DNA from: Takakia lepidozioides | Taxonomy: Eukaryota > Plantae > Bryophyta | Reading direction: 5' to 3' | DNA: 64,000 nt | NCBI GenBank assembly: GCA_030704615.1 | Contig: CM060732.1 | Coordinates: forward strand, 9,052,001 to 9,116,000 | Shown: positions 24,582 to 36,300 of the stretch, one piece after another | Layout: every line of letters begins with the position of its first letter | Position numbering within the stretch: the first letter of the stretch is position 1 | Translations under genes and position numbers: made by a program | The notes under the pieces: generated by a model | Told to the model about the DNA's origin: nothing | Database searches by the model: none | What the model saw: the letters and a program-made list of their open reading frames with translations, nothing else

Positions 24582-26707
24582 ATAATTGCATCTGATAATT
24601 GCAATCAAATGCAAGATTAGTTAGTTCAATAACAGCCATCAGAATCTGTCACAGCTTGAGTGGCACAATTAAACATCTCCAGATTCTGGAATTGAATAGT
24701 GGTTCAACAAGTGCCGTGCCTCTCTCAACTGCACTGCAATTGTCATATTGCCCAGTTTCTTCTGAATTTGAGGCTGTTGATGTGATTTCCATTATTTAGA
24801 TCTGTATACAATTCTGAATATTCAGTCCTGGAGATATTGCTGATGATCACTTAGAAATGTGCTCTATAGCATGACCTGAACTGCCAAGCAGCTTTATAGG
24901 TAGTCTTGGCCTAAAAGTCCACCTGAATTTTTCTATGACTAGCAGGTTTTGCAGCACAAAATGCAGGAACCTTCAAAGACGTATTTTGTGCCTGGATGAG
25001 GTTTGCCTCTCCTCACAAGGCATGGCTTAAGCTAGGGGTGCGCAGCTCAGGAAATAGCATCAATGCAAAAGCAGAGACAAAGGTACCCATAGAGGAACAA
25101 TTCACAATGTCATGAATGTCAAGCATGCAAGAGAAACAACACATCCACAAAGCTGTAGAGCCACAGGTACACCAGGCTGTACATATGAGAAGTGGATCTT
25201 TTGACTCCAGGTGAGAGTGACCATATATCCAAACCCTAGGTTGAGATGAGCCACCACCTGGCAGCTTAACATAGGTCAACCAAATTCCCCTGCATCTTGG
25301 CCATTGAAGCTTGAAAGGTTGGAATGAAGCCAGCTTCATTCCACGGTTAGCTGTACGGTGAGAAGACACCAGCCGAAACCGGCATAACTAGGAGCCACTA
25401 GGAGCCACTTTGCCTCATGACTACTGACCCCTTTTGGGAGTGGGCCGATAGCTGTACACAACATGTGACAGGCCAGGTATAATGGCCTAACCCTTGTCTT
25501 CTACTAAAGGCCTAGGATGAATCCTGACAGGTACATAATGATAAAGCAGATTCTAAGGCTAGGGGATTATGGGCCATCACTTATGTGAAGACGTCCTCCC
25601 CTTCGCAAACCGGAGCTCCTGCGAGGGAAAATATAAGAAAGTTATCCCGCCGTTCATCATCGGTCGGGTGAAAAACCTCTCATGGGAAAACTTAGTGGGA
25701 CGTAATCCATGATGAGGAAAATCTTACGCAATGAACAAGTTGGAATACCATGTTATACTAACTAGACTTCAAATAAACACATGATTGTGAACTAAAACGA
25801 AGACTAGAGGATTAGAAATTCAGCCAAGCCTACACTGAAATTCCAAAAGAATTCAGAAGACCAGATCCTCCTTCTAAGACTTCTAAGTCCAAATTACTGC
25901 CTCAAGGATCAGATTCCTTCATTGCATGCAAACCTGTGAAGCCTTAACACAAGCCTGAAGCATATACTCATTTCCTCTCAAGAAGCAAGGTTTCACAGCA
26001 AAAGGGTGAGCGGAAAGAGCAGGCAACGTGCGAGAGGAGGATCAAACACACGGATCTGACGCAAAGCAGCTCTCAGTACACCAATTTCACATATACACTA
26101 ACACCCGAGTACACCGCCCCGACCTTGTGTCAGGGCGCCGTCTTTATACAAAAGACCTAGCTTCAGTTGCCCGCCGCGTGATGAGGCGTCACAAGCCAAA
26201 ACCCACGGCGCCGTTTTATCACCTTAGATTAGATGAAGGCCAGGATGTGGCCACCAGCCAAAATAACCCTAACCTAGATATCATTGTAACGGTTTAACGG
26301 CATTATATGCCAAAAAATTATACTATGGATGTGTATCGCCGTTTTGGATGAAACGGGTCATTTCTAGCCTAGCCAAATATGGGCCATCACATCTGTGAAG
26401 CCTACCTCCCACGAAAAATCTTGAGCTCCGCGAAGGAAAACAAATAATAAGGAAATATCACCCTCCACTGCTGGGTAAAAAAACTACCAAGGGAAAACCT
26501 GGCACCTGCAAGTTGGACCGAGGACAAAACCCTTGGCTAGGAAAACCGTTCAGGGAGTACAGATGGTGATATACCATGAAACTAAAATGTTTTCCAAATC
26601 CTAGAGAGGTCAAGTCATAGGACCCCAAGAGTCACCATCTGCAAATTAAGACTAAGCCGCTGAGAAGATGATCAAGTTGAAGTAGATCGGCTAATAAGAT
26701 CAAGACA

Positions 26708-28697
26708 TCACCCCACCGTGCGCCCCTCCACATTGATACATGTAAGATAAAAAACTAGCTCAGAATGCACCAACTCTGTCAAGGAAACAAGTGTATCCCG
26801 CACTATAATGTTAGAGCCTTGTGGAAGAAGGAGAGCACGTCGCCCACGTAAAATCTGATAGATCAAGTATGGACCGTCGATCTTGAGCTTAGATTCATGC
26901 TTGCCATGCTGTAATCGAACGCACACGGTCTGTCCCACCTGAAACAGGTTAGAATACTTGACACGCTTGTTAAAATTACGGGTATGGGTTTAGACTGAGC
27001 CTTACCAATGTTCGTTTTGGCATCATGGATAGACACCGCATGCCCGAGCATGAAGATCCTCAACAAATGTATCAATGATCAACCGGATCAGCAACAGTAG
27101 AGATAAGAGGGGTAGAATGCAAAAGAGAAACACACTTGCGACCATACAACAACTCAAAATGAATCTTCTTGGGGCTAGCATGCACGGCGGTGCAATAAGC
27201 AAAGAGAATAGGGGGAAGAAATGTATCTCACTCCCTGGTAAGTGCGCCATTCTTCTCCAACATTCGGCAAAGAGTTTGGTTGAAGCGTTCCGTAAGGCTA
27301 TTGGTCTGGGGATAGTATGGGGCTGTCGTGGAATGCTTAACACCGAAATTGAAGCAAACCACCGTGAGGAGCTGGTTACAAAACTCCTTGCCCTGATCCG
27401 TTAGTATCTCCCAAGGACACCCATATCGCATAAGGATATCATTGAAGAAGAACCGAGCTACAACATCACTAGCCTTGGAACGCAAAGGCCGGACTTCTAT
27501 CACTTAGTCAAGTAGTCGGTAGCAACACAAAGGCTTCGACCCTTTGATGTGAGTGCGAGGGGTCCTACTAAGTCAATGCCAACACGAGCAAAAGCATGGG
27601 TGACAGGCAAAGGCTGCAGCTCATACAAGATCCAGGCCCTAGGGAGAGCAATGTTAGCACGACAACCTTCACACTTAGAGATGAACTCCGTGACGTCACA
27701 GTGAATGCCCAGCCAATAGTAAGCCTCTTGGATGCGGGCCACAGTTTTCTTGATACCAAGGTGATCTGCATACAAGGAACAATGAAATCGCTCCAATAAA
27801 GCATTCAGCTGGCTCCATGGTGGCACCTCCAAATAGCATGGCACTCCCCCTCTAGTGAGTTCCTTGAAAAGCTAATCACCCATGAAACGGTGAGTAGACA
27901 CATGATAGAGAATTTGTTTACGCAAGGACTCGGAAATGCCTACTGGTGAACGCCTTGATTGGCATCGCTGGAGTAGCGCAACATGTAGCTGATCATCCAA
28001 GACTGCATAAGAGGTAGACAATGGCTTTTTAGAGAAGGTGGTCTGGAGTGCCTACACCTATGATCTCCAGCCATGGATACCTTCACCTCATATGTTACTA
28101 CTCATGGACAGGCAAATCAGGCCTTGAGGCTCAAGCCAATAGTCACACCGGACTGCAGCAGCTGAATCACAAGAAAGAGAAGAGCTGAAACACAACAAGG
28201 AATTTCCACCAAACCATCTGAATTCCCTCTAAGCGATAAATCCACCACACATACTAACACACGAATAAATCAACCAGGATCATCAAGAAGGCTAGACCAG
28301 CCCCAAGCAGCCAATATGCCATTGGAATCCAAGGGAGGGGTGTTGATCAGCACAAAGAAGGTTGAGAATAGGGGCAGGATCAGGAGGAGGGGCTACATCA
28401 GCAGCAGCAAGGTCATCCAAGGTGAGCATAGGCCTGCTGACATGAGGATCAACCCGTGTAAGCGCATCAGCAGTTGTGTTTTCCTTGCCATTCTTGTAGA
28501 CTATATCCATGTCAAATTCTTGCAGGTACATAGCCCATCTAACAAGTCCCATGAAGTTCCCTTGGCTTAACAAGAGCCTTAAGTGGAAGATGATCAGTCT
28601 CTACCACAAACCGGCTGCCATGTAAATATTGCCTGAAATGCTTCAAACCAAATACTAGGGCCAGACCCTCCTTATCAGATATGGATTAGTTCCTTTC
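26708..28697 (-). pseudogene. Gypsy A pol remnant (RNase H + integrase with GPY motif)
   Basis: EGLALVFGLKHFRQYLHGSRFVVETDH, VRWAMYLQEFDMDIVYKNGKENTTADALTR, HLGIKKT..YYW..C..C, GIDLVGPL, ILTDQGKEF, YYPQTNSLTERFN and KIDGPY. Interrupted inside RNase H by MULE copy 1. Confidence 0.9.
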
Positions 28698-29221
28698 CAA
28701 CGACGCTACCGCGTGAGCCTGGCGCGTGAGCGTGTGAGCGTACGCTCACACAACGATGACGTGGCATGAGCCTACACTCACGCAGCTGACATGGCGCTGA
28801 TGCTGACGTGGCGTGAGCCTGGTCGAGGTCATGCCACGTCACCACAAAGAAGGTGGGCCTATAACCGTGGGGCCCCCAACTGCTAATTTCACCACATGAA
28901 GGTGAAACGGATGAAGGGTTTCGGGCTTTCTTGGAGTTCAACCTTCTGTTAACAGGAGCTTCATTTCACGATGTTGTTTTCTTAGAACTAAAATCAACCT
29001 TGTGTCGGCACAAGGGGGATTTGGAAAACTCCAAGTAAACCTTGTGTTAACACGAGGTTGATTTGATCATCTGTCTATCTGAGGTAGTTTCTTGTGCTTG
29101 CTAATGAAAACAGAATGACAAACCAATGCGACAAATGCATTGACCCACGCATAGCAAAGATGTTAGACGACATACATTGAGAGACACTGGACTGGAACAG
29201 TCATTCCATTACAAGTTGTAG

Positions 29222-32200
29222 TCAAGGAAAACACAGATTTCGGAGTGTCAAGTGCATGCTTTCTATGGGCTTGTATCCCGCTGTAGAAGTATGTTGACTT
29301 CGTTGAAACTCATAGTGGCTTGGTGAATGAAGAAGTCCCGCTTTGGATCACAAACCATCCTTCTCAAGAAGACGAAGTAAAGGTGTTTGCACGGTATGAA
29401 CTTCCCTCTCTTTCCCAAACTACTTGAAAGCATACCAACAAAATCAAGTCATGTACAATTGGGAAAATTGGAAACAGTGATGTCGTACGTCTTGTCCTGC
29501 AGCGGAGATGCGAATGAGATCATGGTGAAGACCCGACCATACCCTGGATCAGGCACTTCCATTGTTCCCGCAACACGAGCATGAAGCATTTTCGCGGACT
29601 CGATTTTGCCATAGTGTTCTGCGGTTGGAGGGAATCGTCAAACCAGCTTCCCATTCCGTCTGGTTGGCCACAAGTGAGCGTCAGGCGGAGGTACCCGTGA
29701 ACCGCTTGTACTTGAAGCACCTTCATGTGTAATGGAATGTCTGGCTAGGGAGAAACCGGCCTCTTCCAGCATTACGATCTCTTGGTGAGTGAGACATGTG
29801 CCCATCTTCACAGGCCACACGGTTGGTGGAGTAGGCTTCCTCACCACGGAGGGCCTCACTGTCCCACGCACATATCTCCCGCAATCGTCAGCGCAAAACC
29901 AGAACTTGTGGTTCTTTGCCTCTCCTTGGCCGTTAGGGAGAAACAAACCAGTGAATATAGGAGCTGCAGTGCGTTCTTTCCCTATGGATATTAATGATGT
30001 ACATTTTTCATGATTGGTGGCCCTGATCACCGCGCATTTAACACGCGATCCAGCACTTGTGCGTTCTATATGTCAAACCTCGTCCAAGCACATGGACTCT
30101 ATTACATGCGGCACCACGTTTTGGTCTTCAACCATTGCAGTGACAATGCTTGATGTAGGGGTCCGGTCTGGGGCAGAATGGCCCTCACCTGTGGATGTTC
30201 CACAATTCCATCTCTGATCCAAGGGAACACGTGGCATTGAGAAGTTGACCCGGTCCGCCCTATGGGAATCTGCATCCGATCCGGGAGGGGTATCCAATTT
30301 CCGTTTGCAAGCCCCGAATCTCTCTTCGCCTTCCAGATGGGGAACTCTTCCCACGAGAGGGGTGCCATCTGCACATATGCTCACTGCCCGCGCTATTTTG
30401 CTGGGATCCCCCGATCTTTGGGCTGCCCACAACATCAACTCGCTCCTGTCTGGGCCTTTGCCTCCAAGGCCACCCCTCAAGAATGACCTGTATCTGGTTT
30501 GCTGCTGCAGAGCACGGATAAGGTCATCGGCCGTAGCCGCATACAAATCTCTTCCCTTTTGCTGCAACCACGCATTGTGCACTGTCTCCGCTAGATTGCA
30601 AGACGACATGTCCGCCATCTCCTCAATGGACATATGCTGCAAGGCAAAAAAACACAAAGCCGATATTAGGATGGGACCCTGAAAGATATATCCGAAGCAC
30701 CCAAAGGAAGGTGAATGCAAACCGCTCACCGTTGTCATGGCCGCTCCCCACTGTCGGTAACGGAAGTGCCAAAATGCGAACCAGTATTCGCTTCCCCCAT
30801 AGTTTTGGCGTCTTTGTATTGTTTGCACAGTTGACGATGCATACTCTGCATATCTGGCTTGATGTCTGCCTTTGTGTGTTTGTCCAGGGATTGTGTCCAA
30901 TGGAAAAGACACGTACGTTCTCTTCCAGGCATTGGCACTTTTGGATCTCCCGTCCCGAATACAATGCAGACAGCGTTGAAGTTAGCTTGAGCACTGTCGG
31001 CCATAAAACCAACAAAATTGGGAGATGGGAGACCATTGGAGGCCATAACACGAATGAGAGCTTCCCACATGAGGTGATATGAATTTGTGTCCTCTGACTG
31101 CATGTCACACACTGCAATTGTCATGACACGCTGGTACACAGGGTCGTAAACATGACATGCCATTGTGGTCCAGTCTTTAACCCTCTTAACGTGATCGAAC
31201 ACAAGGAAGCAGTTGCCTAGATCGCCACCATTCTGCATACGTTTAACTAGGCTGACGCCGCTGCCCTCACCTTTTGTAAACATTTTGAACAAGAAAACTT
31301 TCCTGGCTCCTTGCCCCGGGAAAACGTTGTCTTGGATGTAGTCGTACATGCTCCTTTTCTTCAAATCCATAATATTGTCCATATAACCTCGGCTCCCAAA
31401 GCCCATTCTTAAAGTGTTCACCTGATTCCTAATGTTTGGAGAAGTCAAAGTTGAGAAATGGTCCATAACAGTGTCCAAAGCTGGTCCCTCCAATTTTCCT
31501 CCAACCGAATCCGATGCACACAAAATACGGCTTTCCAGAAAGGACTTGCTCGCCCCCATGGCAATTGCAGATGTGGTTCCAGTTGGATTGGTATCCAACT
31601 CTTGCCTTATCAAACGCGAGACTGTCTCAACGCTCTCCCTGTAATCCCCCTTGGACACAGGGTGGTTGTGAAAACCGAAATGGACACAGGCTCTAGTCAG
31701 GGTTTTGAATCGATGCACCACATAGTACATTCTGGCGCCACACATTGTAAGGCAGCAAGGTGGTACCCTACAGAACTTGCACACAAAAGTGTTACTGTAT
31801 GGTGGTGTCACACCAAGCTTGAATGGATTCTCACTGACACCATCCCATTCGCTTTGGTTTTGCACACCCGACAATGCGAAGTGTCTGCATTTCATGTTCT
31901 CGCATTTCAGGTGCCCATTACAGACTGTTCGCCTGAATATGAGGTTGTCATGGTTGTGAATATTGGAGGTTTTTGTGCGGCACCAAGGGTGCCCATCGTG
32001 CTTTTTGTCCATTCCTTCCATGAGACTGGAAATGCCCCCCACGCGACCAGGAGGAGGCAGCTCGAAAACAGTATTACCAGCAAAAGATTCCGGCAAGAAT
32101 GCCACCCTCTGAACATTGAAAGTGCTCCAGTCGATCCCCTCAACTCACTCTTGAATCCTGCCATCCCACCCATGGCTTTCAGTTTAGGAATGACACTGGT

Positions 32201-32680
32201 GATCTCCTCCACATCTGCTTCCTGATGTAGACATGGCTGATCCACTGGCGGTATTTCACAGGCGTCATCGGAGGATGAGTCCGAAAGCTCAACTACAGTG
32301 TTAACGGTACTTGACTCCTTCTTGACAACCACGGGTGTTTTCTCTTGGGCCACAGATGCTGTCGTGCCAGGAGTAACGAACGATCCTGCAGACGGTCTCC
32401 GAGGAGCATTGAGCACCCTGTATCTGCCTGGTCACTCTCCATTGTGTGTGGTTGGTGCAGTATGCGAAGGTTTCTGGAACGCGTACTTGAGCAATTTTCC
32501 ATTGGCATCGTACACTTCCCTTTCAAGGAATAGAGTTCCATTTTCCAACCGAAACTGCGTTGCGAGCACGTGTTCATGCACCACCGCAAAACCGTCATCT
32601 TCCACCTCGTAAGAAAAGGGGACAGGGTGGTCCTCACTAAAGAAGTCCGCGTCAAGGGAGCCCATGGGCTGGGAGGCCAT
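29222..32680 (-). pseudogene. MULE transposase with N-terminal GCM-type zinc domain, DDE core and C-terminal SWIM finger (copy 1; frameshifts, small deletion)
   Basis: GCM-like W..T..N...C.G.L.C...C...CKFC..P...C...G.HNHP. D1 in FDHVKRV, D2 in FMADSAQA, CxxH in CLFHW and E in CNLAETVHNAW (after an intron at ~30637-30727). SWIM-type C-x-(C)...CKH (degenerate in this copy, intact in copy 2). Confidence 0.88.
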
Positions 32681-33367
32681 CTGTCAATGTTGCTTCAAAA
32701 CGCACAGTTCAGAGTCCGACGTTGCTTCTGATTGCAGATTGTACTAGAGCGGAGTTTTTTGGCTGTATAGAAGACGTCCTTACACACAATTGTAGGTGTC
32801 GCTCTCGCATGCAGGCCTCCTAATGCGGTTCGGCACATCATAGAAATGTGTCCCCATGCGAACCAAGTGGATGGTCGCAGAGTGCCCAAATGCGGAGTGG
32901 ATAATGTCAGCCCTAATCAAAGAATCCAACTGTTTTCTCACAGGTGCCCCACCAGTGCATTGGACAACCAACTTAGCAAGAATGACTGACAGAGCCGCCA
33001 TTTGCCTGTCATGTCAGAGATTCCAGATGAGATGCCCATTTCCATTCAATTTTAACGGCACCTGCACCGCTGTACAACTGTACATACTTCACATTCCTCT
33101 GAAACATCCCAAAAGCTATTACTCAACAATGAACTTTTTCGGATGAGAGGTGGATCCGAACGAATTTCGGTGGATGAGAAAAAAATGATTTCCGGAGATA
33201 TTCATAACGGTTAGATGGACACGTGTTTGCCATGCATGTGGAATGAGTTTGTGGCGCACAGGTCGTTCCGAGCGATCATCTTGGCGTGGAAGGCCTTGCG
33301 ATGAACCCACCGTAGCCCCCTTTTTTCCTTCTTCTCCTTATTGTCCTTACAACCCTGGATTCTGTAG

Positions 33368-36300
33368 AGACGGTGACCACATCCCGAGGGAGAAGAAAAC
33401 GTCGAAGAACACTTTACTTCACATCAAACAAGCAAAGGGTACCTGCTAAGGAGAGGATGAGGAAGGCGAGACGGGAACTTAGAATGGGAGAAGAAACCTC
33501 CGGCGGAGATGAGGACGAACGCCAAAACCCGATTCTGCAACCACCGTTTGGAGAGGAAGGTTGATGTCGACCTCCAAAGTGTATGTTCTGGGCATGAAAC
33601 GAGTGCAGATGCTACACTCGAATCAACCTTGCGTTGACACGAGGTTGATTCGTGTGCCTTTTTTGTTCATTCCCACCAACCCTAAACGCCTGGCAGCCAT
33701 GGAACTGTTGAATGCTCCCGGTGCATCATCAAGTGTCAAGAAGAAACCATAAGTTGCAATGTGCTTTTCCATCTGATTTTTTTGTTTGTTGAACACCAAT
33801 CTGAGAGCTCGACATCAACCTTGCGTCAACGCAAGGTTGATGTCGACCTCCAAATTGTTTATGAAGGTGACATGAAGCAGATTCAGCACTCGAATCAACC
33901 TTGCGTTGACGCGAGGCTGATTTTGATGCCACTCCCAACATCCGAAGTCTCGCACCAGGAACCGCAAAGTAGGGAAAGTCGATTATCTGAAGCCCCCAAA
34001 AGAACCCTGCGTCAACGCAAAGCATTTAGTGGGTCCAATGGACTGTTGCGGTATGCATTTCAGACTAAGCTACATCCCCATCAATCAACCTTGCGTCAAC
34101 GCGAGGTTGATCCATGGGAGCTCAATCTGTCACTCACAGGGATATTCATTATCTGCAGAGGAAAAGAAAAAAGAAATCCATGGGGGGAGATGCGGCAGTG
34201 GCAGAAGGTGATGGTGAGGAAGAGTCATTTGAGGGACACTATGAAAACAAGGCCGAGGAGGTTATGGGTGGGCAGAAAGTGAACTCCTCGAAGGTGATTC
34301 TGTCGATGGAGGTTCCCGGCGGAAACCTGGTTATCCCACTATGCAGGATGATCTCCATGCCCGTGGTTCGACCCGCATTGAGGAACGACATCACGAAGTT
34401 GAAGAACGATTTTGTTCATGGCTATGTCAAGGGATCTGCAGTGTTCTATGTATCCACTGTGAACACGAAAGGAGAGGAGTGTCTTGTAACAGAGGACATA
34501 GAGCAAAATTGGGATGCATGCTGGCGGGATGTAAACAGGGAGTTCGAGTTCAAGCTGTCCAAAAAGGCCTCCACAAAAGCGTTTATGGGAAAGATATTTT
34601 TTGTTTGGGATGGAAACCATAGACTGCTTGCCTGGATAGATTACATTTCAAGCTTGCACTCGGACGAGATTGAATGGCACTGGAGCGTGGTTTCCATGGT
34701 ACTCGACCACAAAGGACGTGTCACGCAGCTCTTGACAACCATGCACGACATAAACAAGTAAGTTACCAACATTGTTCCTGTTCCGATCTGCGTTTGCACA
34801 ATTAGAAATCATCTTATGAGTTGAAGGTTTTTCCAGGTCCAATGAAACCTCCCATGTGACGACAAATCTCTGCCACACTCTATTCCGTATCCAGAAGATA
34901 GGGCTGATGCCACTGGAGTCATTCACAAACGTGCTCAGTCCTCAGCAGATGAAGAGGTGTGCTAAAAAGAAGACAAGCACATGGTACAGCCTGACAAGGG
35001 AGGCTTTTCTTGACTACATGTACACGGTAAGCTTCTTGACATCTGTTTGATTGTTGTTACTGCAAATTTTATCAAGAAACGACAGTGTTTGATTCTTTCT
35101 CCCTATAATGTATGCAGCAAGAAATAGCAGAAACTGGTTTGAAGGCAAAAGCAGAGTACTATGCTTCCCACACAGAAGAACAGAGGTCTGCAACTGGGCT
35201 TGAGGACATTATGAAATTCGAGATGAACAATTAAAGGAAGAACCTCATGAGTGCGTTTGACAAACAAATCGCGCATAGCAGATCCAAGTCTTGGCACGGA
35301 ATTTCTGGAACAAGTGAAAGCACATTATGACAAGTATGGCTCCAAGCCAGAGATGACCCAAGAGAAACTGCATCGCCTTTCCATTTCAATGGTAGACAAT
35401 GCAACCAAAATCAGGTGGTTGCAGATCTGGAATTCCGATCCACTTGTGAGAGACACCAACATGTTCCCATCTCCTGAGAGGGACTCGAAGACACAAGCAA
35501 TAAAAGTTGTTAGCGACCACACATTCGACCAATGGCTACACAAAGCAACCTTCTGGAGCCAGGTAAGGTTTCCACAAAACCATTTTCAAATGCTTGTGCT
35601 GCTCCGTGCTCTCTCCACAATTCTTATGATCTTTGTTGCTGCAGTTGGAAAAACGAGCGGTGGCTGCACTTGGGGAGTCAATGGCAGACTACAAAATCCA
35701 GATGGCTTGCCCCCGGATCACACTGGAGGCCTATATCAGGAGATGGAAGCTCGGTGTCTGGAATAATTGTTTCTTCAGGGAGTTCGAGAGAGACAAAGGA
35801 ATCTCCAGGTCCTACGAACTCAAAAACCGGTACAACAGCGAGCAAGCAATGAAACGAGTGTTGTACCGGTGTGACCTCCAAGAAACAAATTTGGTACTTG
35901 AAGTGTTTGTGTATTCTTGTGTCGTTTTTTCCATGTAGAACTGCGAATTTGGAGGTTTTGAGGGAGCTCTGAAGGCTCTGGACATGCAGCCGAGCAACAT
36001 TGCGTTAACGCAAGCTTGTATCCCGTTGTTTTGGTTTCACTTTCATGTACCTGGGGTATCCAATGATGTCATTTTTCTGCATGTGAGAGGGCAAAAACTG
36101 ACAGGCAAATCAACCTTGCGTCAACGCAAGGTTGATGAAGGGCCAGGCTATGTAGGTTTTCTTGTGTTCTTGGGCTTTTTTTTGTGGTTTCCAGTTCTCA
36201 TTCTGCCAGGATGAACTTAAAGTCTGTTTGGAGTCTGTTTGAAATGTTGTTTAGAGCTTACACTGTACCAACAAACAGCCTTGCGTTGACGCAACGTTGT

